DNA from: Pseudomonadota bacterium
GTDB taxonomy: Bacteria > Pseudomonadota > Alphaproteobacteria > UBA1280 > RI-95
Direction of reading: 5' to 3'
NCBI GenBank assembly: GCA_016125375.1
Contig: WGLU01000004.1
Span: 10,528 to 74,527 of the forward strand
DNA: 64,000 bases
The position numbers and the translations under genes were made by a program. Below, piece by piece: positions 39,155-46,913 of the stretch (its first letter is position 1; each line of letters opens with the position of its first letter). The notes beneath the pieces are model-generated. The model was not told where the DNA came from. It saw only the letters and a program-made list of their open reading frames with translations, and searched no databases.

Positions 39155-39445
39155 ATGGCCAAGGGTAAGCGTCAGGGAGGACGTGTCATTAGCAGACGTT
39201 TCGAGGTCCGTATCTATAATGCCCGCGTACGCGAGCTGCTGGAGCACGGGGAAACAAATAATACAGGGTTGAGTGACCGCTGGGCCGATGCGGTGTATGA
39301 AAGTATTATGGCGGCTTCGCCGCAGGAAGCTGTAAAGCTGATGCGTCAAAAGTTCCCGCCTGCACAGGGATTTGTGGTCACTAACGTGCTTCTTGTGACC
39401 GAGACGGGTGTGCAGGAAATCAGAAAACACGAATACGAGAGTTAG
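39155..39445 (+). CDS. hypothetical small basic protein (96 aa)
   Basis: ORF only; AT-richer than its surroundings; no recognisable motif; weak SD. Confidence 0.45.
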   Translation: MAKGKRQGGRVISRRFEVRIYNARVRELLEHGETNNTGLSDRWADAVYESIMAASPQEAVKLMRQKFPPAQGFVVTNVLLVTETGVQEIRKHEYES

Positions 39446-39626
39446 TTTTTTTACCCCCCGTCAGTTGTCTGTCAGCTGACACCTTTGTGCCCCCCTCCAT
39501 ACGGAAGCAGATGTTCTGATGGGAAATGCAAATCCCCATCGGGGACCACCTGCAATCTTTTCCTATCTCACATCTCCTCCGGCGCGAAAGCGCTCCTTTT
39601 CTGTTCTAGCTGAGGGAAGCTAAATC

Positions 39627-39788
39627 ATGATGACCATCGAAAACTCCGCCGACTTCGTCGCTCTGTCGGGCTCCGGCTCCATTCGCTGCCACAGCGGCAG
39701 CGGTTCGATCAAGTGCAGCGGTTCCGGCTCCGGCTCCATCAACTGGGGTGGCTCCGGTTCCTCCCCCCTCTACGGCAGCGGTTCGTAA
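39627..39788 (+). CDS. 53-aa Gly/Ser-repeat peptide MMTIENSADFVALSGSGSIRCHSGSGSIKCSGSGSGSINWGGSGSSPLYGSGS
   Basis: Not in the ORF track (<60 aa). GAGGGAAG SD 7 nt upstream; + strand-specific terminator 39 nt downstream; pyrimidine-rich leader and C/G-ending codons like the other inserts. Confidence 0.6.
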   Translation: MMTIENSADFVALSGSGSIRCHSGSGSIKCSGSGSGSINWGGSGSSPLYGSGS

Positions 39789-39826
39789 CCACAACACACC
39801 CGACCGCTCCACAAGCGAGAATCGAG

Positions 39827-39860
39827 ACCCCGGTGCTTAGGCACCGGGGTTTTGTTATTT
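39827..39860 (+). terminator. intrinsic terminator of the peptide gene
   Basis: 10-bp stem accccggtgc/gcaccggggt, loop ttag. The T-run is on the + strand only, so it does not serve convergent truA. Confidence 0.8.
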
Positions 39861-40634
39861 TCAGCAGGTTTCAAAAACCGTGAACAGGTTTTCCGGATAA
39901 TCAACATCCATAAAATACAGACCGCAAGGGGGCATGGTGCGGCCGCCGTCGGTGCGTTGTTTGCTTGCCAGCAGCGCCTTCATGGTGCCTGCGGGCATGG
40001 CGCCGCGGCCAATATCCACCAGCGTGCCGACGATGATGCGCACCATGTTGTGGAGGAATGCCACGCCCTTGATGTCGATGGTGATGAGCTCACCCTCCTG
40101 CACGATGTTCAGGTGCAGGATTTCGGTAACCGGGCTTTTTGCCTGACACTCGTTGGAGCGGAACGCGCTAAAATCGTGCCGGCCTACCAGTACGGCGGCC
40201 TCTTTACGCATCAGGTCAATATCCAGCGGGTATTTGATGTGGGCGGCGCGGTTGTCCTCCAGCGCCGCATGGGCGCGGCGGTTGAGGATTTTGTAATTGT
40301 AGCGGCGCGCCGTCGCGGCAAAGCGGGCCTGGAACTTCTCGTCCACGTGCGCCACTTCCCGTACGGCAATGTGGGGGCGCAGCAGGCAGTTCAGGCCGTC
40401 TTTTATATTGATGAGTTGCAGGCGGTCGTTGTGCAAGTCCACATGGCAGACCATGCCGCGGGCATGAACACCTGCGTCCGTGCGCCCCGCCATCTCGAAG
40501 GATGTAATCTCTTCATTGGCCAGCGTTTTCAGCGCGCGTTCGATTTCGCCCTGCACGGTGGGCAAGCCGTCCTGCTTTTGCAGACCGTGGAAGGGGGTAC
40601 CGTCAAACTCCAGCAGGAGCTTAAAACGCCTCAT
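39861..40634 (-). CDS. truA: tRNA pseudouridine38-40 synthase
   Basis: MRRFKLLLEFDGTPFHGLQKQ...AGRTDAGVHA catalytic Asp motif. Confidence 0.95.
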   Translation of the reverse strand: MRRFKLLLEFDGTPFHGLQKQDGLPTVQGEIERALKTLANEEITSFEMAGRTDAGVHARGMVCHVDLHNDRLQLINIKDGLNCLLRPHIAVREVAHVDEKFQARFAATARRYNYKILNRRAHAALEDNRAAHIKYPLDIDLMRKEAAVLVGRHDFSAFRSNECQAKSPVTEILHLNIVQEGELITIDIKGVAFLHNMVRIIVGTLVDIGRGAMPAGTMKALLASKQRTDGGRTMPPCGLYFMDVDYPENLFTVFETC

Positions 40635-41551
40635 GCAAAAACGTCCCCGACGTTTATCCCGCCGCCGCGTAGGAGCTCGCTGTCGCTCATGGGCTTTTTG
40701 CCCTCGCGCTGGAGCTGTGTCAGGCGCACGGCATCTTCGCCACAGGCCACAATCAGGCCGCCTTTTGGGTCAACCGACAGCACCGTGCCGGGCTTGCCGT
40801 TACCCTCGGCCAGTTTGGCGTCCAGCAGTTTGTACAGCACGCCGTCCAGCTTTGTGGTTGCACCGGGGAAGGGGCACATGCCCAGAATATGCTGGCGCAC
40901 CTCATGGGCGGTTTTGCCAAAGTCGGTCACCTTCATCTCCGGCGTCAGCTTGTGAGCATAGGTGAGATTTTCCTCATGCTGGGGTGCAGCGCGCTCGCGG
41001 TAATTCGGCCAGTTTTTAAGCACCTGCATCAAGGCGCTGGCGCCGAGGGTGGCCAGGTCGTCGTGCAGTTTTCCTGTGGTTGTGCCGTCTTTGATTTTTA
41101 CCGGCAGGCGCAGATACACGGGCCCGCTGTCGAGGCCCTTCTCCATATGCATGATGCACACTTCTGTCGTGGTGTCGCCAGCCAGAATCGTATGATGAAG
41201 GGGAGCTGCGCCACGCCAGCGAGGCAGGGCGCTGGGGTGCACATTCAGGCAAGGGGCAACGTCCAGCACGCTCTGCGGTAGCAACAGGCCGTAGGCGGCC
41301 ACGCAAATCATATCCGGGTGCAAGGCTTGCAACTGCTCCAGTCCCTCGCCTTTGAAGCGCGCGGGGGTAAACACGGGAATGCCGTGTTTTTCGGCGACTT
41401 CATGCACAGGTGTTTTACGCACCTGCATGCCCCGTCCGGCAGGGCGCGGCGGTTGGGTGAATACGCCTACAACCTTGTGCTGGTCGCTGGCGATAAGCTT
41501 TTGCAGGCTGGGGACCGCAAACTCCGGCGCACCCATAAAGACAACGTGCAT
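40631..41551 (-). CDS. fmt: methionyl-tRNA formyltransferase
   Basis: MHVVFMGAPEFAVPSL...NVHPSALPRWRGAAP motif; overlaps the truA start. Confidence 0.95.
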   Translation of the reverse strand: MHVVFMGAPEFAVPSLQKLIASDQHKVVGVFTQPPRPAGRGMQVRKTPVHEVAEKHGIPVFTPARFKGEGLEQLQALHPDMICVAAYGLLLPQSVLDVAPCLNVHPSALPRWRGAAPLHHTILAGDTTTEVCIMHMEKGLDSGPVYLRLPVKIKDGTTTGKLHDDLATLGASALMQVLKNWPNYRERAAPQHEENLTYAHKLTPEMKVTDFGKTAHEVRQHILGMCPFPGATTKLDGVLYKLLDAKLAEGNGKPGTVLSVDPKGGLIVACGEDAVRLTQLQREGKKPMSDSELLRGGGINVGDVFA

Positions 41552-41565
41552 AGGATTAAACTCCG

Positions 41566-42108
41566 TTACAGGGCGTGCATTTTAGGGTCAAAGGCACCCT
41601 GCTTTTTTTCTTTCATCAGTTTACGCAAAATAATGTCGCGCTTGATGCGGCTGATGTGGTCGACAAAAATCACACCATCCAGATGGTCAATTTCGTGCTG
41701 CACGCAGGTGGCCAGCAGGTCGTCGGCCTCAAACTCGATCTGTTCGTTCTTTTCGTTCAGCGCGCGGATTTTAACGCGGGCAGGGCGGGTGACTTCCTCA
41801 AACTTCTGCGGTAGGGACAGGCAGCCCTCCTCATACACGCTGGTATCGTCCGATGCCCAGATAACTTCCGGGTTAGCAAGACGCAGCGGGTTGGGTTTTT
41901 CACCATTTTTAGTATCGGCAATATCAATCACAATCACGCGCTTGTCTACGCCAACCTGTGTGGCGGCAAGGCCAATGCCCGGTGCTGCGTACATGGTCTC
42001 CAGCATGTCATCCATGAGTTTACGGATGCCTGCATCCACCTCCTTAACAGGTGTTGCCTTGATTTTGAGCCGCGGGTCCGGCGCTACGATAATTTTCAAA
42101 ATCGCCAT
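41566..42108 (-). CDS. def: peptide deformylase
   Basis: GIGLAATQVG, EGCLS and QHEIDHLDG motifs. Confidence 0.96.
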   Translation of the reverse strand: MAILKIIVAPDPRLKIKATPVKEVDAGIRKLMDDMLETMYAAPGIGLAATQVGVDKRVIVIDIADTKNGEKPNPLRLANPEVIWASDDTSVYEEGCLSLPQKFEEVTRPARVKIRALNEKNEQIEFEADDLLATCVQHEIDHLDGVIFVDHISRIKRDIILRKLMKEKKQGAFDPKMHAL

Positions 42109-42230
42109 ATTTCTGCCATTTTCTCACTTGGTGCGTTGCACGCCTACTATAGGCAATTTGGCTTGGATAACAAGCTCTTTTGGCCTAAACTGGCCGCTGT
42201 TATTGTGCATCAAAAAACGGAGAAACGGGC

Positions 42231-42962
42231 ATGAAAATTCTTGTCGGCTTCAAGCGGGTGATCGACTACAACATCACCGCCCGCCCCAATGCGCAGGGAA
42301 CAGCTGTGGAGCTGTCCGGCGTAAAAATGTCGCCCAACCCCTTTGACGAGATTGCCCTCGAGCAGGCCGTAAAGCTGAAAGAGCAAGGTCTTGCAACCGA
42401 AGTGGTCGCCCTGTCCATTGGCGATGCCGGCTGCGCCGAAACCCTGCGTACGGCACTGGCGATGGGCGCCGACCGTGCCCTACATGTCAAAACCGACGGC
42501 ACGCCCGATGCCCTGTCCGTTGCCAAAGCCTTTGCACAGGTCGCGAAGGATGAAGGCGTTAAACTGGTTCTACTCGGCAAACAGGCCATTGATACCGACC
42601 ACGGCCAGACCCCGTCCATGGTGGCCGAGTTGCTGGGCTGGCCGCAGGCGCTGAACGCTTTCAAAATGGAACTGACGGGCGATGATGCCAAAGTCACGTC
42701 CGAGATTGATGGCGGTCTGGAAACTTTTGCCTTCAAGCTGCCTGCTGTGGTGAGCGTGGACCTGCGCCTGAACACACCGCGCTTTGTGTCCATGCCGGCC
42801 ATTATCAAAGCCCGCAGCAAGCCGATTGAAGAGAAAACCGTCGACGGTATGGCCGCCACGCGCGTGACCGTTAAATCGGTTTTCACCCCCAAACAGGAAC
42901 GCAAACAGGTCATGGTCGAAACCCTCGACGACCTGCTCAAACATCTGGAGGCACGCGCATGA
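42231..42962 (+). CDS. etfB: electron transfer flavoprotein beta subunit
   Basis: MKILVGFKRVIDYN...NPFDEIALEQAVKLKE. Confidence 0.95.
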   Translation: MKILVGFKRVIDYNITARPNAQGTAVELSGVKMSPNPFDEIALEQAVKLKEQGLATEVVALSIGDAGCAETLRTALAMGADRALHVKTDGTPDALSVAKAFAQVAKDEGVKLVLLGKQAIDTDHGQTPSMVAELLGWPQALNAFKMELTGDDAKVTSEIDGGLETFAFKLPAVVSVDLRLNTPRFVSMPAIIKARSKPIEEKTVDGMAATRVTVKSVFTPKQERKQVMVETLDDLLKHLEARA

Positions 42963-43891
42963 GTACGCTTCTCGTTCTGGCCGAACATAACGGCACCACC
43001 CTTGCGCCCAGCTTTGCCAAACTGATGGGTGCCGCAGTGGCGCTGGGCAAAGCCACAGTGCTGGTATGCGGTAAAGGCGCCAAAGCCGTTGCCGACGACG
43101 CAGCGACCTATCAAGGTGTGGAAAAAGTCCTGTATGCCGAGCATGACAGCTTCGCCCGCCCGACTGCGGAGGCCCTGTGCGAGATGCTGGATGCCCATGT
43201 TGGCAGTGCACAGTACGTGCTGGCCGCAGGCAGCAGCTACAGCCGTGGCGCACTCGCCCGTTTCGCTGCCCGTAAAGGCGCCGTGATGTTGAGCGACGTG
43301 CTGGCCGTAGATGGCCCCACCAGTTTTACCCGCCCCATGTACGCAGGTGCGGTAAATGCCAAAGTGGACGTGCCGGCAGGTTTGACCGTACTGACCGTCC
43401 GTGCAACAGCCTTTGCGGAAGGCTCCAAAGGCGGCAACGCCGCTGTTGAAGCTATCGCAGCCGTACCCGCCAAAGTGGCCAATGCCAGCGTGGGTGTGGA
43501 ACTGACCAAATCCAGCCGCCCCGAGCTGGGCAGCGCCAAAGTGGTTGTTTCCGGTGGTCGTGGCCTCGGCTCCAAGGAAAACTTCAAGATTATCGAGGAT
43601 CTGGCCGATGCGCTGGGTGCTGCCGTCGGCGCTTCCCGCGCGGCGGTGGACGCAGGCTATGTGCCCAACGACCTGCAAGTGGGGCAGACCGGTAAGGTCG
43701 TCGCGCCCGAGCTGTATGTGGCGGTGGGTATCTCCGGCGCGGTACAGCACCTGGCAGGTATCAAGGGTGCCAAGACCATCGTTGCTATCAACAAAGACCC
43801 CAATGCCCCCATCTTCAAGGTGGCTGACTACGGGCTGGTGGGTGATTTGTTCGAGATTATCCCCCAGTGGTCCGGCAAGGCCAAAGGCTAG
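42959..43891 (+). CDS. etfA: electron transfer flavoprotein alpha subunit
   Basis: Overlaps the etfB stop; [10 protein letters not shown]...[21 protein letters not shown] motif. Confidence 0.95.
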   Translation: MSTLLVLAEHNGTTLAPSFAKLMGAAVALGKATVLVCGKGAKAVADDAATYQGVEKVLYAEHDSFARPTAEALCEMLDAHVGSAQYVLAAGSSYSRGALARFAARKGAVMLSDVLAVDGPTSFTRPMYAGAVNAKVDVPAGLTVLTVRATAFAEGSKGGNAAVEAIAAVPAKVANASVGVELTKSSRPELGSAKVVVSGGRGLGSKENFKIIEDLADALGAAVGASRAAVDAGYVPNDLQVGQTGKVVAPELYVAVGISGAVQHLAGIKGAKTIVAINKDPNAPIFKVADYGLVGDLFEIIPQWSGKAKG

Positions 43892-43903
43892 GGGTACCGC
43901 ACG

Positions 43904-43940
43904 AAAAAAGGCCGGACATGTGTCCGGCCTTTCTCGTTTG
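43904..43940. terminator. bidirectional hairpin
   Basis: stem ggccggac/gtccggcc, loop atgt, A-run before and T-rich after. Confidence 0.75.
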
Positions 43941-44549
43941 TTACAGCTCGTTTGCGACGGTGGCCGCAAGGGCGCCGTCCAGCATGCTGGCGTATTTGCT
44001 GCGAAAGCCCGTGGCCGTGCAGTAGAACTGCACTTCCCAGATGGTGCCCGTGGCCAGAATGGCCGCACGGTCCACCACTTCGTCAGCATCGGTGAAGCCG
44101 CAGCCTTCGGTGACAAAGTCCTCGAGCGTGTTCCAGTTAGTACCGTCGCCAGCGACGCGGTAGTCGTTGGCGTGGATGCATAGGCCACCCTTGCAGGCAG
44201 CCAGCAGTGCGGCGATCGCCGTGTCCACATCCGGCTGGTCCGTCAGGTCATCGGCACCGAGCAGACGTTCTTTGCAGGCTGTGAGCAGCGTCGTCAGGTC
44301 GCCGGCGACCATGTTGTGCAGACGGTTGCCGTTATCGATGACGTAGAACTCGAACAGGTGGCCCTTGCGGAGAATCTCGTCCTCCGGCTCCAGCAGCTCC
44401 GGTTTCCACCAGAAGGTGGGATTACGGGCCTCTGCCAGTCGCTCTTCCAGCGTCTGGAAGCAGGATGGATGCTCGTCGGCCGTCAGATGAAAGGCCGTGT
44501 TGGGGGTGAACTTGCACGCCAGGGCGGCAAGGATTTGGGCGTTGGTCAT
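43941..44549 (-). CDS. hypothetical Cys-containing acidic protein (202 aa)
   Basis: ATG at 44549 with GGAGG SD; C/G-ending codons; no recognisable motif. Confidence 0.65.
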   Translation of the reverse strand: MTNAQILAALACKFTPNTAFHLTADEHPSCFQTLEERLAEARNPTFWWKPELLEPEDEILRKGHLFEFYVIDNGNRLHNMVAGDLTTLLTACKERLLGADDLTDQPDVDTAIAALLAACKGGLCIHANDYRVAGDGTNWNTLEDFVTEGCGFTDADEVVDRAAILATGTIWEVQFYCTATGFRSKYASMLDGALAATVANEL

Positions 44550-44749
44550 AACGACCTCCGGTTTGGGGGAAGAAACGGGTAATCGAACGATGGTACTGAA
44601 ATCGCCCAAGGAATGTTGGTACACCGGCCACGACCTGCAAGGGGATAAAGGTGTTTATTCTGTTTTTGCGTTTTCCCGTGACTTTGGTACACTTTTGATG
44701 CGCCGCATCATTGGTGGCCCAAACAACCCTTAAACAGGAAGATTTTTCC

Positions 44750-45631
44750 ATGAGCATTCAGAAAATCGGTGTTATTGGCGCAGGCCAGATGGGCAACGGT
44801 ATTGCCCACGTTGCCGCGCAATGTGGCCACGATGTGGTGATGATGGACATGCAGGAAGCGGCACTCGAAAAAGGCATGGCTACCATCGGCAAGAACCTTG
44901 ACCGTCAGGTAAAGAAAGAAATCATCAGCGAGAACGAAAAAGGCGCCATCCTCGGCCGCATCAAAACCACGACCAAGGTTGCTGATCTGGGGAAAATGGA
45001 TCTGGTGATTGAGGCCGCGACCGAGAACGAGAGCATCAAGGCCAAAATCTTCCGCGAGGTGGATGCCGTGCTGCAACCGTCCGCTATTCTGGCATCCAAC
45101 ACCTCTTCCATCTCCATCACGCGTCTGGCCTCCTACACCAGCCGCCCCGAGCAGTTTATCGGCATGCACTTTATGAACCCGGTGCCGATGATGAAACTGG
45201 TTGAAGTGATCAACGGTATCGCCACCTCCACCAAAACGTATAAGACCGTTGTTGCCACGGCAGAGAAAATGGGCAAAACCGTTGCTCTGGCCGAAGATGC
45301 GCCGGGCTTTATCGTCAACCGCCTGTTGCTGCCCATGCTGAACGAAGCGACCTTCGCCCTGCAGGACGGTGTGGCCGACGTTGTGTCCATCGACACCGCC
45401 ATGAAACTGGGCACCGCCCACCCGATGGGCCCGCTGGAGCTGGCAGACTTTATCGGTCTGGACACATGCCTGAGCATCATGCGCGTCCTGCACACAGAGC
45501 TGGGTGACAGCAAATACCGTCCATGCCCGCTGCTGGTTAAATACGTGGATGCCGGTTGGCTGGGCCGTAAGAGTGGCAAAGGCTTTTATGACTACAGCAA
45601 AGAGCCGCCGGTACCGACCAAGCGCGCCTAG
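44750..45631 (+). CDS. hbd: 3-hydroxybutyryl-CoA dehydrogenase
   Basis: [17 protein letters not shown] Rossmann start; NTSSISIT; [14 protein letters not shown]. Confidence 0.93.
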   Translation: MSIQKIGVIGAGQMGNGIAHVAAQCGHDVVMMDMQEAALEKGMATIGKNLDRQVKKEIISENEKGAILGRIKTTTKVADLGKMDLVIEAATENESIKAKIFREVDAVLQPSAILASNTSSISITRLASYTSRPEQFIGMHFMNPVPMMKLVEVINGIATSTKTYKTVVATAEKMGKTVALAEDAPGFIVNRLLLPMLNEATFALQDGVADVVSIDTAMKLGTAHPMGPLELADFIGLDTCLSIMRVLHTELGDSKYRPCPLLVKYVDAGWLGRKSGKGFYDYSKEPPVPTKRA

Positions 45632-45639
45632 TGCTACAC

Positions 45640-45670
45640 AAAAAACCCGCCCGGAAGGGCGGGTTTTTCA
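45640..45670. terminator. bidirectional terminator
   Basis: stem acccgccc/gggcgggt, loop ggaa, flanked by an A-run and a T-run. Confidence 0.85.
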
Positions 45671-45889
45671 GTTTGCAGCGGGACCGCAAGGCGTTGGGGG
45701 TACAGCGGGTTTGTAAAAGGCCATTTTATAGCCCGCATACCGCAAAACAGTGGGCAAAGTTGGTACAAACACACAATAGCCCATCCCCAGAACAATGCCG
45801 GTAATCAGCCCCAGCATCATCATCTGGTTGGCCATATGGGCACGTTCTTCATTCAGCCGTTCAATCTGGCTGGCGGTGTAGTAAAGCAT
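45668..45889 (-). CDS. small single-TM protein (73 aa)
   Basis: ATG at 45889 with GGAGG SD; hydrophobic core MMMLGLITGIVLGMGYCVFV. Confidence 0.5.
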   Translation of the reverse strand: MLYYTASQIERLNEERAHMANQMMMLGLITGIVLGMGYCVFVPTLPTVLRYAGYKMAFYKPAVPPTPCGPAAN

Positions 45890-46028
45890 GGAACCTCCTG
45901 TCACAGACGTTGAGCAAGGTTCCCTCAGATGTTTCTCTGTTTTTCATAATGCAGGAGATGTGCCAATTCCGGCTTGTCATCCCTGCATGACCGAAGCATA
46001 ATGGCGCTACTTTTCACGAGGAAGAAGA

Positions 46029-46910
46029 ATGAAGATACTGCTCACCGGTGCTACCACCTACGTTGGCCGACATGTTCTGAAAACACTGCTCGAAGCGGGG
46101 CATGACATCCGCCTGTTTGCGGGCGACGTGCCCGAGGGCTTTGGCGACGGTCTGACCGTTGTGGGCGGTGACTTGCTGACCGGTGAGGGGATGGAAGCTG
46201 CGATTGACGGTGTCGAGAAGGTTGTTTACCTGTCCACCCAGCGCGAACCCGACCGCAAAAAAACCCGCGACGTGAACACACAGGGCCTGATGTACCTGCT
46301 CAAAGCTTTGGGCAAGGTGCGCTTTCAGGGGCACTTTATTCTGGGTTCCAGTGCCGCCGTTTACGGTGACATGGTGGTGATGCCACAACGCGAGGACCAT
46401 ATCGGTCACCCGTTGGACTTCTATTCTGCCGACGTGCAGAAGGTGGAGCAGTACGTGGATATGTATTTCCGCCTGCACAGTATCCGCTACCTGACCCTGC
46501 GGTTCTTCGACGTCTACGGCACCAGCTACCACAAGGGCGAAAGCCCCAGCATTGTGCTGCGCCTGCTCCAGCAAGCTGTGAAAGGCCAGCCGATGACCCT
46601 GTTCGGTGACGGGGAGTTTCTGCGTGATTTTGTCCATGTGGATGATATCTGCCTGGCAGTGGACCGCGCCCTCAAGTGCACAAAAATTGGTGCCGTGAAC
46701 GTGGGGACTGGAACAGCAATATCGCTCAATATGCTGGCCAAAACTGTTCAGGATGTGACAGGCAAAGCGGTGGAAATCACTTACCTGCCGGAAAATCGCC
46801 AGCGCATGCCCCACGCGATTGCCGATACAGCCCGCGCGAAAGAGTGGCTGGGTTTCGAGCCTCAGGTATCGTTGGAGAAGGGCATCGCCAAACTCAAGGA
46901 AGCCCTCTAA
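46029..46910 (+). CDS. NAD-dependent epimerase/dehydratase (SDR)
   Basis: MKILLTGATTYVGRHV glycine-rich start; YSADVQK (YxxxK). Confidence 0.87.
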   Translation: MKILLTGATTYVGRHVLKTLLEAGHDIRLFAGDVPEGFGDGLTVVGGDLLTGEGMEAAIDGVEKVVYLSTQREPDRKKTRDVNTQGLMYLLKALGKVRFQGHFILGSSAAVYGDMVVMPQREDHIGHPLDFYSADVQKVEQYVDMYFRLHSIRYLTLRFFDVYGTSYHKGESPSIVLRLLQQAVKGQPMTLFGDGEFLRDFVHVDDICLAVDRALKCTKIGAVNVGTGTAISLNMLAKTVQDVTGKAVEITYLPENRQRMPHAIADTARAKEWLGFEPQVSLEKGIAKLKEAL

Positions 46911-46913
46911 GCC

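Noticed and set aside
39660-39790. GGCTCC/GGCAGC periodic DNA as a possible CRISPR-like or satellite repeat
   Set aside because: The units are 6-12 nt, imperfect, in-frame and confined to 130 bp. There is no repeat-spacer architecture and there are no cas genes. The pattern is fully explained by Gly-Ser coding.
39606-39812. 68-aa - strand ORF listed in the track over the Gly/Ser peptide locus
   Set aside because: It has no SD or promoter on the - strand and an Ala/Gly-rich mirror composition. The flanking SD and the orientation-specific terminator support the + strand 53-codon ORF instead.
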